IMG/VR virus record: IMGVR_UViG_3300000976_000008
Location: 1 to 47,222 of that record
Reading direction: 5' to 3' (one strand)
DNA length: 47,222 bases
Source: a virus
Taxonomy: Duplodnaviria > Heunggongvirae > Uroviricota > Caudoviricetes
Under the pieces are notes generated by a model. The model was not told the origin of the DNA. It did no database searches and saw nothing but the letters and a program-made list of their open reading frames with translations. Shown piece by piece: positions 8,163-17,367 of this stretch (positions are counted from its first letter, which is position 1; each line of letters starts with the position of its first letter). A program made the translations under genes and the position numbers.

Positions 8163-10121
8163 CTACAGATTGCTAACATTTGCTACAGGCAAATCATCTT
8201 CTGTAATGACTTCTTTTTGGTTTTGGTTGCCTTCAGAGCTAGTAGAAGAACCAGCAGTAATGACATCTCTAACTTCTTTAATAGCTTGGTCCCTCGTCTC
8301 TTCATCGATAGACCATTCAACAAGAAGTCCTTTATCATTATTTGGATTATGTATTCCATCAGATGCTGTAGGGTTATCTACTGACAAACCATCTAATTCT
8401 TTACTTTCCAACAAATAAGTATATCCGCTAAGCGGTCTTGATTCTGTCGGGTCCGAATCTTTGCCAAGTCTAGTTCTCCATCGCTGAACTATTTCCATAA
8501 CCTTAGCACGTTTACCCTGTTTCTTATATTCTTGAAGGAGACGTTTCTCAGCTTCGTAATCATAACCTTCAAGATTAGGTATTGGACCTGGCTCATCAGG
8601 TTCTTCCTCACCACCTAATTCATCTCCACCCGCAGGATCACCACCTAATCCTAGGTCATCTTCTCCGCCTTCTAGTCCTGCATCAGCCATATCTGGTTCT
8701 ATGTCGAGACCACCAGGAACTCCGCCACCAGGACCACCTTGGGACTCCTCAGCTTCCACATCTTCAAGTTCTTCAATCTCATCAGGAGAAAGGTCCGTAA
8801 AGTGTGTCACAATCCATTGCTTAGGGAACCAACCCAAATCTTTCAACTCAGCCATGACACCAACTCTGGTCTGCCATGTTTCAATCCTATATAATTCTTC
8901 CATGGCGGAAGTAGCTGTTAGAGCGATCTCGAATCCCTTCAGATCCTCCACAGAATAACCACGAAGGGCCAGATGGATTATTGCAACCTTAGTGAGACCA
9001 GTCGCAACTTCTCTCTGAACCCATTGCACAGCTTTGGCAAATTCAGAATGTGATTGAGATAATGATTTCTCACTCGATTCACCAGATCCTTCACCAATCC
9101 CTACCCTAGCAAAAGGAATTTTAGTAGGTGCGATCATTTTCTTCTTGAAGTATTCAATATCAGCAATCTGGTCAAGGTTCTCAGCACCTGGGAGTGACTC
9201 AATATCAGGTCCAGTACCATCTGGTCTCCTAGGTAAGAAGAAATCATCCTCTTGAATAAGAGGAGAATATCGCTCATCGAAAGTACCAGTGGTAGGATTG
9301 TAGAATCGTTGCCTTTTGAAGTTCCTAGCAATCATTTGCATATATTCTGGAACTTCTTTAGGTGGAATTAATCCCACCGGAATAGTAAATTTCCTCTTCT
9401 CAGGAGCACGAGTAATTCTATAAATAAGTGCTGCATCTTCCATAAGACGCAACTGTTTGAATGCCTTTCGCCCACCATCCAGAATAGCTCTTCCATATGG
9501 ATGATAAATGTTCTCAAATGAAGTTAGACGCAAATGCATCACTTGCCATGGATGCATAAATTGCGGTTCTGGAATCATAGCATCCTGGTAGAAGAATCCT
9601 ACAAGATCGCCAAATCTCGTCTCAATTCGAGTGAAATTATAGACATTCATAAATCGCAATGATGAAACACCATTACGATTGGTTGTAGGGAGAACTTCAA
9701 ATGGCAGATCGCCATACTTGCAGAGATATCTGATTGAAGGTCTACAGAAATTATCCCATAATAGAGTATCAAAGAAAAGCGTTTCTAGCTCTTTCTTCAA
9801 ACGTCTATTTCTAGCACGAATAATTAGTGTATGCTTACGTTCAGGATCAACGAGGCTAGCCTCGTCAGCATATAGGTCCAATGCTAGAGAAATTTCTCCA
9901 GTTTGGTCCATCTGCTCATAATCCTTATACCTCTCCAACCTATTAATTTGTAGATTCGTTTGATCAAGGATAGCGGCTTGCGAATTAAAATCTAGAAATT
10001 CACCGCCAGCAGTCAACTTATCAAGAGCAGGCTGATTCTGAAATACACGTTCTGCTGTGTATATCTGATTAGTTCGAGTCAAAGCCCGAATTCTATCAAA
10101 AACCAGCCAATTGCTAGGCAT
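8163..10121 (-). CDS. gp20: Portal protein, T4 gp20-like
   Basis: RYKDYEQMD..GEISLALDLYADEA, QLRLMEDAALIYRITRAPEKRKF, EDDFFLPRR.G.G..IESLPG.NL.QIADIEYF motifs. Confidence 0.96.
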   Translation of the reverse strand: MPSNWLVFDRIRALTRTNQIYTAERVFQNQPALDKLTAGGEFLDFNSQAAILDQTNLQINRLERYKDYEQMDQTGEISLALDLYADEASLVDPERKHTLIIRARNRRLKKELETLFFDTLLWDNFCRPSIRYLCKYGDLPFEVLPTTNRNGVSSLRFMNVYNFTRIETRFGDLVGFFYQDAMIPEPQFMHPWQVMHLRLTSFENIYHPYGRAILDGGRKAFKQLRLMEDAALIYRITRAPEKRKFTIPVGLIPPKEVPEYMQMIARNFKRQRFYNPTTGTFDERYSPLIQEDDFFLPRRPDGTGPDIESLPGAENLDQIADIEYFKKKMIAPTKIPFARVGIGEGSGESSEKSLSQSHSEFAKAVQWVQREVATGLTKVAIIHLALRGYSVEDLKGFEIALTATSAMEELYRIETWQTRVGVMAELKDLGWFPKQWIVTHFTDLSPDEIEELEDVEAEESQGGPGGGVPGGLDIEPDMADAGLEGGEDDLGLGGDPAGGDELGGEEEPDEPGPIPNLEGYDYEAEKRLLQEYKKQGKRAKVMEIVQRWRTRLGKDSDPTESRPLSGYTYLLESKELDGLSVDNPTASDGIHNPNNDKGLLVEWSIDEETRDQAIKEVRDVITAGSSTSSEGNQNQKEVITEDDLPVANVSNL

Positions 10122-10148
10122 TTATATCATTCCCAAAAAGTCTCTGCG

Positions 10149-10158
10149 AGTATATTTA
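10149..10158 (-). promoter_or_regulatory. Candidate late-promoter element TAAATATACT upstream of portal
   Basis: 28 nt upstream of ATG 10121; near-identical elements precede several other late genes (see finding). Confidence 0.5.
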
Positions 10159-10200
10159 CCTAGCACTGATATTATTAGCAAGGATAAATCCTCGAAATTC

Positions 10201-12189
10201 TTACTTTTCTTTACGCTGGTAAAAGAATTTCGGAGGAACAACAGTAGGTCCTTGCTGCCCCATCGGGACACCGCCAAGTTGTAAAGTATAAGCATCAATT
10301 TGGCGTTGTGCAGAAACTTCCGGAACATCAGCTGGTGCTAAAGCAACTGGCATCAGTAAGTGCTGCCCACCCTCAGATACATACTTCTGTTGGGCATTTA
10401 GAACAGCTTGGTCAGAAAGGATAACAGGACCGTCCTGACTCTTGAAATTATCGCCAGCACCGAATGGCAATAGGTTACCAGAGTCTATTTGGAATGCGTC
10501 CTGGGTTCCAATCAGGGCTAAACCGCATGCGATCACCAAGTCATCGAAGTTACCAGCACCTTCTTCAGCCTCAGTTTTACCAGTATCCTTACCCATCCTA
10601 TCGCGTTTACGAACATAAGTCTGAAACTGTTTCAACAGTCTCTTACTTCTAATCTGATACCCATCTCCCGGCTTATCTCGAATGAAGTCAAGGAGGAATT
10701 TGTTCATAGCAGGCTTACTGGCCATCGTGGTGGCAAAACCATAAGGAGCAACCTGCATCGCACGAGCATTGCCCTTAGATCCAGGTGCCATAGGCTTATC
10801 ATTGATTCCTTTCTTCCGCCACAATCGAGGATACATCACATCGTATCTCAATTGGTCAATGATAATATCACCACCATTATTACGTTCCACAACAGCCAAA
10901 GCACTATTGTACCACCTACCAATTCTATCAACATACTTGATTAAATCTCTAGGCAAGCATCGAGCCATGAATTCAGCAACTTGCTCCATCGTCTGGATAT
11001 CGAAGACTTCAATAGCACTGTAGTCTCTACCTTTACCAGTCGCAATGTCAACACCCATCACATATGAGTGTGCTGCTTTCCCTCTCTCTATAATCTGATC
11101 TCCTCTCCTCTTTTCAGCGACTGCAGGAACAGGTGGTTCCCACACCCAAAGACCTTCGTCAGGCTGATCAAAGGAGAAATTCAATTCTTCAATATTATGC
11201 GATACTGGGTGCACATAAGTCTGGTGACCAGTCACCACTTGAGGAGCGTCTACCACTGTAGAAGTCATGTAACTCAAGACTTCTGGTGACAAGATAGTAT
11301 TACCAGAACCGATGAAAGAAGCTAGAATTTCCTGCTGGAACTTCCAAGCCTCGCCTTGTTCTTGCAAAGCATCATACTGCTCTTGAAGCCAAGGAGACCA
11401 AAATTGGCCAAATTTCCGAATTTCATCTTTAGTGCGGCATTCTCTAATGCCGTCTCGTGGTGCAATACGCTTTAATTGTCTAGATAGTGGGTCTTTATAT
11501 TCAATGGACCAATCCATGTCCCACCAATTTACAACGATTGGATTGAAACCATTCACGCCAGCTTCAGCATCAGTCATCGTAGACCAATACCAATTACCGA
11601 GACCGTTGGTCGTGCTAATGCAAATAACATTACCACCGTGCTGCAGTGTAGGCCATCCACCAGCCCACATAACATCCATGCCTTGAATGAACGCCGCTTC
11701 GTCAATGATATTCAAAGATGATGCGTTACCACGAAGAACATCAGGGTGGCTAGTAAGAGATTGTATCCTCGACCCGTTAGGGAAAATAATCTCGTGCTCG
11801 TTAGCCTTTTCTGGTTCCCAAACTTCTTGCATCCATTCAGGTAGATGCTCAAATAGAAATTTAACATGGTCTCTTAGAAATCCCATCGCATCTTCATTAC
11901 GACGAGAAACGATGAGAACAGTTTTATGTGGGTGGAACATGGCGAACCAAGTCGCAAATGCTCCAGAGACCTTACTAATACCTGACTGACGACATTTTCT
12001 GAAAATGTTCAGTCTATTCTGACGGAAACACTTAATCGCTCTCCGCTGATAACTAAATGGATAGAATGGTAATATACCAGCAGATGGGTGCTTAAGCTTG
12101 CCAAAGTTTCTAAGAAACCAAGTAGCAGATTTCTGGCAACGCCTGATAACTTCGCGTTGCTGAGAATTTACTTTTTTGCCTTTTCCCAT
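10201..12189 (-). CDS. gp17: Terminase large subunit, T4 gp17-like
   Basis: Walker A region KCRQSGIS, Walker B IIDEAAF, coupling motif ISTTNG, nuclease motif MGVDIATGKGRDYS, VERNN, DDLVIA. Confidence 0.95.
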   Translation of the reverse strand: MGKGKKVNSQQREVIRRCQKSATWFLRNFGKLKHPSAGILPFYPFSYQRRAIKCFRQNRLNIFRKCRQSGISKVSGAFATWFAMFHPHKTVLIVSRRNEDAMGFLRDHVKFLFEHLPEWMQEVWEPEKANEHEIIFPNGSRIQSLTSHPDVLRGNASSLNIIDEAAFIQGMDVMWAGGWPTLQHGGNVICISTTNGLGNWYWSTMTDAEAGVNGFNPIVVNWWDMDWSIEYKDPLSRQLKRIAPRDGIRECRTKDEIRKFGQFWSPWLQEQYDALQEQGEAWKFQQEILASFIGSGNTILSPEVLSYMTSTVVDAPQVVTGHQTYVHPVSHNIEELNFSFDQPDEGLWVWEPPVPAVAEKRRGDQIIERGKAAHSYVMGVDIATGKGRDYSAIEVFDIQTMEQVAEFMARCLPRDLIKYVDRIGRWYNSALAVVERNNGGDIIIDQLRYDVMYPRLWRKKGINDKPMAPGSKGNARAMQVAPYGFATTMASKPAMNKFLLDFIRDKPGDGYQIRSKRLLKQFQTYVRKRDRMGKDTGKTEAEEGAGNFDDLVIACGLALIGTQDAFQIDSGNLLPFGAGDNFKSQDGPVILSDQAVLNAQQKYVSEGGQHLLMPVALAPADVPEVSAQRQIDAYTLQLGGVPMGQQGPTVVPPKFFYQRKEK

Positions 12190-12191
12190 CT

Positions 12192-13040
12192 TTAATACTC
12201 ATCATCTTCCGATAAGCCCTTAGATAGGACGCTTGTTAAATCCTCGCTACCACCACCACCCGCAACATTGATCTGCTGGTTGAAGCCACCACCAGCTTTA
12301 GTCGCAGAAAGCATCTTAGAAATAGAATCCAGTGCTTTAATAGCATTGGTACTAATACCAGCTTTCACTTCGACCGCTTTGACAAGTCCATCGACCCACA
12401 TTCTAGATGGAGATTTAGAAGCACTATGTGCATCTTCAACAGCTTGTTTGCACAAATCGATGACTGTTTGAGTTTCTTGCCGATCAGAGCGGCAAGAATC
12501 TAAAACTTCCTTCGTAATATCATCTAGTGTGTCGAGATATTTTTGTAAATCAACAGCAGGCGTTGGAGGAGCTTCTTCTTTCTTCGGTACTGCCGCAATC
12601 TCATCAATATCAAATCTTCTAGCATCTTCAGCAACCAGATCATCTGCTCTCAAAGTAATTTCTGGAGGAGCAAATTCTGGTACTTCAGCTGATGTTTCTA
12701 GCGGCTCTTCTTGCTTCTTTTCTTGCGGTTGTTCTGATTGCTGTTCTTTCTGCTTTTCTTGCTGCCCTTCTTGCTGCCCTTCTTTCAGCTCTCCGAGCTG
12801 TTCGTCGAGCTGTCCGTCGAGCGATCCTTCTTGCGGTTCGTCGCTCGGTTCTTCTTTGGACCCTTTCGGCGATTTCTTCTGGGGTTTCGATTTTACTTCC
12901 TCCATTTCTTCAGCTACGGTTTCAGTGAGAGATGCTATTTCATCTGAAATATCATCATCGTCATCTCCGTCACCCATCTGATCTAGAAGGTTCTGAAGTT
13001 CTTCATCCAAGATATCATCGTCTATTTTATCGTCTGGCAT
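12192..13040 (-). CDS. Acidic protein, candidate terminase small subunit
   Basis: Directly upstream of terL (2-nt gap); acidic disordered N-half, helical/coiled-coil C-half. Position only. Confidence 0.4.
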   Translation of the reverse strand: MPDDKIDDDILDEELQNLLDQMGDGDDDDDISDEIASLTETVAEEMEEVKSKPQKKSPKGSKEEPSDEPQEGSLDGQLDEQLGELKEGQQEGQQEKQKEQQSEQPQEKKQEEPLETSAEVPEFAPPEITLRADDLVAEDARRFDIDEIAAVPKKEEAPPTPAVDLQKYLDTLDDITKEVLDSCRSDRQETQTVIDLCKQAVEDAHSASKSPSRMWVDGLVKAVEVKAGISTNAIKALDSISKMLSATKAGGGFNQQINVAGGGGSEDLTSVLSKGLSEDDEY

Positions 13041-13618
13041 GATATTCCTATATTATTGCATATGTCATGAAGCCAATCACGATTAGCACCAGGTTTAAGC
13101 ATTAGCTTACGTGCTACCGCCGCAATCGCTGATTTGTCTTCAATCTCACCCAATAATCTATTGTACTCATCAAATGGTTTGCCATACCATTCGAGTATGA
13201 AGTCTAAAGCATCGGCGAATCGCCCAGTAGATTCACGGAAGGATTTAGACATAGTCCTCTTTTGAGTTCGAGCACTTTTCCTATGTCCTTGTTTCCCTCT
13301 ACCATGATTTTGAGTCCTTCCTTCTCTCTCACGTTTCGGTTGGACTCTACCCGCAAATTTTGGAGGTTTAATATCTGAATGGCCATCTTCATCTTGATGA
13401 CTTCTGACGGTATTCTGATTTGCGTTTTGACGTCTCCTCACACGGTCCCGCATTGACTCTGGTGTCGCTTCGGCCAACATCCTGCTTAGATCATCTATAG
13501 ATGTTATATTATATTCTTCCACAACATCTTCCTCTACAGGTAGAAGCATCATGGTCCCAGGACAACCGGGACAATCTTCAATTGGCCTATCGCAGCAACT
13601 AGTTCTGAATTTCTTCAT
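13022..13618 (-). CDS. Hypothetical late protein with N-terminal Cys cluster (CC..C..C) and basic central region
   Basis: ORF 13022-13639; first ATG at 13618, 29 nt below a CAAATATACT element. Confidence 0.65.
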   Translation of the reverse strand: MKKFRTSCCDRPIEDCPGCPGTMMLLPVEEDVVEEYNITSIDDLSRMLAEATPESMRDRVRRRQNANQNTVRSHQDEDGHSDIKPPKFAGRVQPKREREGRTQNHGRGKQGHRKSARTQKRTMSKSFRESTGRFADALDFILEWYGKPFDEYNRLLGEIEDKSAIAAVARKLMLKPGANRDWLHDICNNIGISCQTIK

Positions 13619-13646
13619 ATTCAGCTCTAAGAGACACAAATCTCAT

Positions 13647-13656
13647 AGTATATTTG
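13647..13656 (-). promoter_or_regulatory. Candidate late-promoter element CAAATATACT
   Basis: 9/10 match to the portal element, with similar spacing (29 nt) to the next ATG. Confidence 0.5.
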
Positions 13657-13672
13657 TGGAGCTGAATTACTG

Positions 13673-14680
13673 CTAATCTTCGTCGAAGTCAACCGTACTT
13701 TGACGTCTCTTATCAACTCGTTTGCTCGCATCACCAATACTCCTATTTATCGGAGAGTCAGTAAATTCTAAACTGCGAAGCTTGACAAATTTCATAAAAC
13801 CAGTGACAGTAGTCCTAGATAAATTAGATCTCTGCACTAATTTACCAATAATTCCATCATGTGGCCTATCATCGTTCTGCATCATCCATTCAAGAGAATT
13901 AAGAATCAACAGATAATCATCATTATACTGACACATCTCCCTAGCTTCTTCCATGAAGCGGAGCATAATATCATTTATTGGTCTGGTTCTAGTAGACAAA
14001 TGAGTCATGTAGGAACCAGAATTCTTCCTATCTCTTCCTTCCTTCTTAATGTAGGCAAGGATTACAGTTCTTGCAATCTGTGACCACATATTGAAGACTT
14101 TGGACATTCCCCTATAAATAATTGTCTCAGAACCGCCGTATCTTTCTTGAGTCGGTTCCAACATCACTTTAGATTCCAAGGCAGCACCACATTTCGGGCA
14201 CTTCTTGTGCATCTTGATCACTTCTTCGATAGTCTTAATACCATATTCTCTACCGGCAGGATTATATAATAGAGAATCTGAAGGTCTATCGTAACTGAAG
14301 CAAGCTCTGCAATGCGGACGAGCACGGTACTTGTAAAGAGTACGCTCAATTTGCACCCAGGCGGTTTGAAGAAGATCACCAAATGCGGATTCTTCTTGGC
14401 CAGGGTATATTGTGTGGAGACCCTGTTTTCGAATTATTTGTCGAATCAACTCAGTAGCATGTGACATAATTTGGTCACGAAGAACTACTTTAGTGCAGCC
14501 AGTCCACAAATACTGGGTCAACTGCCATTCGACAATCTCGTTTATAAAATAAAGTTTACGCTTGGCATCAGGTGAGACCGAGCCGCTTCTGGGTTTTTCC
14601 TCCGTTGGACTTTCCTCCGCTTGATTTACTGAGGAGTCGTTTTCCAACTTGGAATCTGCTTTTGATGAGTTGGGCACCAT
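13673..14680 (-). CDS. Late-transcription sigma factor, T4 gp55-like, with Zn-ribbon insertion
   Basis: N-terminal LYFINE, region-2-like GDLLQTAWVQIERTLYKY...SKVFNMWSQIARTVILAYIKKE (compare gp55 DMIS.G.ENC.QY..NF...KNPFAYFTQI...AFLRRI.KEK); lies between uvsW and terminase. Confidence 0.7.
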   Translation of the reverse strand: MVPNSSKADSKLENDSSVNQAEESPTEEKPRSGSVSPDAKRKLYFINEIVEWQLTQYLWTGCTKVVLRDQIMSHATELIRQIIRKQGLHTIYPGQEESAFGDLLQTAWVQIERTLYKYRARPHCRACFSYDRPSDSLLYNPAGREYGIKTIEEVIKMHKKCPKCGAALESKVMLEPTQERYGGSETIIYRGMSKVFNMWSQIARTVILAYIKKEGRDRKNSGSYMTHLSTRTRPINDIMLRFMEEAREMCQYNDDYLLILNSLEWMMQNDDRPHDGIIGKLVQRSNLSRTTVTGFMKFVKLRSLEFTDSPINRSIGDASKRVDKRRQSTVDFDED

Positions 14681-16208
14681 CGATACTCCCGCCAGGAAAC
14701 ACAACCGAAGTTCGGTACCCAGCCTGCACCATCGTCTTCAATCGTTCTTTTGAATGGTCATACAAATATCTGTTGCATCTGAAATAGAAATCAAAGACTC
14801 GACTTTGACCTCTTTTGTTGTGCCGTAATGCACGGCCAACTTTCTGAATGAAATCAGAACGCAACTTGCCACCAGTAGCTATAATTAAATTTTCACAGCC
14901 ACCTTTGAGATCCAGACCACGATTAATAATCTTGCCTCCAATAAGTACGTCGTATTCCCGTTCCTCGAACGAACGCAATAACTCTGTGCGACGACGTTTT
15001 GGAGTTTTACCATAGATAAAATGGGTTTTTAGACCAGAATCATTGAGTTCTTTCTCAAGATTCTCGCCAAGTTTGATGCTATCAACAAGCACTAATGTGC
15101 CGTCACCCTTATATTTATGGCAAATAGAACTAATCAAACGATGGAATTTCACGCTATCGGTCATGTGTTCAGTTCGAGCAATATCATAGGCAGATCCCTC
15201 TTTAATGCTCCCATCAACACCGTAAGCCATCATCCAATATGTGCATGGGATAATCCTACCAATCTTTTCCAGATTCTGTCTAGTTTCCTTCGCAATCACA
15301 GAACCAAGATGTTCTTGCATCACAAGACCTTCTACAGGCTTTGAGACATCAAATGGTGTGCCAGAGAAACCGTAGCGTCTTCTACCCTTAAACCACCTCC
15401 TAAACAAATTCTTGAATGGAACTGAAGCAGCCTTATCGCACTCATCTACCAAAATCATTTCGGCAGTTTTGACATAAGATTGTAGGAATTTAGCATTTTT
15501 CTTCCTAGTCTTATGCCCCCTCATTCGTTGTTCCCACTTGGCTATCCTTTTCTCATATGCAGCATCCGTCTCTTTAAGCTTCCTCTCAGGAAGTTGAGGT
15601 ATTTTCGTTGGGCTTTGTAGGGATTGTATGGAGCCAACCACAATCTTCTGACCATTGGGTTTCTGACCAGAATAAAATAATCCAACTTCCTCAGCGATAT
15701 CTCTAAGTTCCAATCTACTCTTCAACTGATCGATCACAACAGTCTGATCAGCAATAATAACAGTTGGACAATCTATCGCCTTAGTGATGCCACATATAAT
15801 CTCGCCTTTGCCGCCACCAGTGGGAATATCAAAAATCCCACATTCTATTCTGCACGCAGCTCGCACAGATCTAAGCTGGTGTGGGTCGAAAGTGATCCCA
15901 GGCAACAAATCAAGCCCAACATCGTCAGGCTTCATTGGTTTATAATCCCACTTTGGTCTCTCATCCTTGATATCCAGCGGGAATCCGTGCTTTTTGCAAA
16001 CCCCTCTAAGCATACTCAGCAAGGGTCTAGCCATCCTCTGCTTGGCACGGTTATATTTCCTATATACTCCATCCCAGTGACTCATCTGACTTACATCAAT
16101 GTAAGTTCCAGGAGATGCAACACTGAATTCAACCCAAAGAATTTCTTCCTCGGCAGTTGTGATATTATCAAACCACAACCATTGATTATCATGGAGCACT
16201 ACACGCAT
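14568..16208 (-). CDS. uvsW: SF2 DNA helicase, UvsW-like
   Basis: Walker A IPTGGGKG, ILVDECD, GFSGTP, IINRGLDL, IQKVGRALR, VFDF motifs. Confidence 0.92.
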   Translation of the reverse strand: MRVVLHDNQWLWFDNITTAEEEILWVEFSVASPGTYIDVSQMSHWDGVYRKYNRAKQRMARPLLSMLRGVCKKHGFPLDIKDERPKWDYKPMKPDDVGLDLLPGITFDPHQLRSVRAACRIECGIFDIPTGGGKGEIICGITKAIDCPTVIIADQTVVIDQLKSRLELRDIAEEVGLFYSGQKPNGQKIVVGSIQSLQSPTKIPQLPERKLKETDAAYEKRIAKWEQRMRGHKTRKKNAKFLQSYVKTAEMILVDECDKAASVPFKNLFRRWFKGRRRYGFSGTPFDVSKPVEGLVMQEHLGSVIAKETRQNLEKIGRIIPCTYWMMAYGVDGSIKEGSAYDIARTEHMTDSVKFHRLISSICHKYKGDGTLVLVDSIKLGENLEKELNDSGLKTHFIYGKTPKRRRTELLRSFEEREYDVLIGGKIINRGLDLKGGCENLIIATGGKLRSDFIQKVGRALRHNKRGQSRVFDFYFRCNRYLYDHSKERLKTMVQAGYRTSVVFPGGSIDGAQLIKSRFQVGKRLLSKSSGGKSNGGKTQKRLGLT

Positions 16209-16219
16209 AATTCATCCGA

Positions 16220-16432
16220 CTAAGGCATGACTTCTAACAAATACGATGGCATTCCTTCCGGACCTCGACCACCAATATTTACATCAACCCAATACCCCGG
16301 ATGGTTGACAGTCCGTGAATCTGTCAAGGAAACAACAACGGCTTGTCTTGTATCATCATCTTGGTGAACTAGAACATTCTGACGTTCTTTGATCGCCACA
16401 CCATTCCGATCAACAATCCTAAAACTGGTCAT
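16220..16432 (-). CDS. Small hypothetical protein, possibly SH3/YopX-like beta fold
   Basis: ATG at 16432 overlaps the end of the upstream gene; DRNGVAIKE resembles the DKNGKEIYE motif. Confidence 0.5.
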   Translation of the reverse strand: MTSFRIVDRNGVAIKERQNVLVHQDDDTRQAVVVSLTDSRTVNHPGYWVDVNIGGRGPEGMPSYLLEVMP

Positions 16433-17306
16433 ACAATTCGTCTCTATGAGCTGGTTCTGAAAGCCTTTCTCCAACGAATCCAAGCTTACGCTCGTTCATA
16501 AGATCAAGTTGTTGCTGAGATACAAAGTTCGGACCTGGAGTCTCAACATAAGTATCGAAAGCAACCGACTCAACATGCCCATCAAGAAAACCGACATTTG
16601 CAGAGCCAGTGTGTCTAAAATGCACAGTTGGGTAATTGCGGCTAGGAGGATCTAGGAGCCAATTCTCTTCAAAACTGAAAGCCGGTGGAGAGAACGACGT
16701 CAACTTTACCTGTGCACTATCAGCAAACACAATCGTCCGAGATGTAGATCTAAATTCAGCGAAAGAACGAGAAACCAAATTTTCAGACAATACAGCCCTG
16801 TAACTTGGAGGAGGGTATTCAACACCCGACGCACGTGAAAGATAATAGCCATTATACCCAAAGCCGCTCGCTGGTTTACCAAATCTGACATTATCCAACA
16901 GCGAAGTCGTAAGATTAGGACACTGGTAACTTGTTCTATTCGACTCCATGAAAGGAGCCAGAGGACCAGCACTGAAATCTAATTGTTCTTTGGGATCAGA
17001 TTTATCGTAGTCAATTTTGCCGAACCAAAAGTTTGATGTCCCTTGAGGCCCGGAAAAAGATTGCAGATAGCTCAATCTTTCCTTATCTTCGACTACATAT
17101 GGCACCATCAATTCACCATGTATGTCAGCGTAGTTATGTAGAGCAATTAGAAGTTGTTTCACCCTGTTCTTACACTGCGTCCTCCGTGCCGCTTCTCTCG
17201 CTGCTTGAACTGCTGGAAGTAGTAAAGCTAAAAGTATCGAAATGATCCCGATCACAACCAGAAGTTCAATTATAGTAAAAGCCCGCTTCGATCTACGTAT
17301 ATTCAT
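16419..17306 (-). CDS. DUF1559 family prepilin-type N-terminal cleavage/methylation protein with H-X9-DG C-terminal motif
   Basis: RRSKRA|[48 protein letters not shown] and [17 protein letters not shown]. Confidence 0.95.
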   Translation of the reverse strand: MNIRRSKRAFTIIELLVVIGIISILLALLLPAVQAAREAARRTQCKNRVKQLLIALHNYADIHGELMVPYVVEDKERLSYLQSFSGPQGTSNFWFGKIDYDKSDPKEQLDFSAGPLAPFMESNRTSYQCPNLTTSLLDNVRFGKPASGFGYNGYYLSRASGVEYPPPSYRAVLSENLVSRSFAEFRSTSRTIVFADSAQVKLTSFSPPAFSFEENWLLDPPSRNYPTVHFRHTGSANVGFLDGHVESVAFDTYVETPGPNFVSQQQLDLMNERKLGFVGERLSEPAHRDELYDQF

Positions 17307-17367
17307 ATCAACCTGAACAAGGAATTGCCACAAGAATTTGTGGAAAGGAAGTTACCGCTGCCGCACC

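Noticed and set aside
2112-8958. Many + strand ORFs opposite head genes (Ser/Pro-rich translations)
   Set aside because: Reverse-complement artefacts of Glu/Gly-rich coding sequence.
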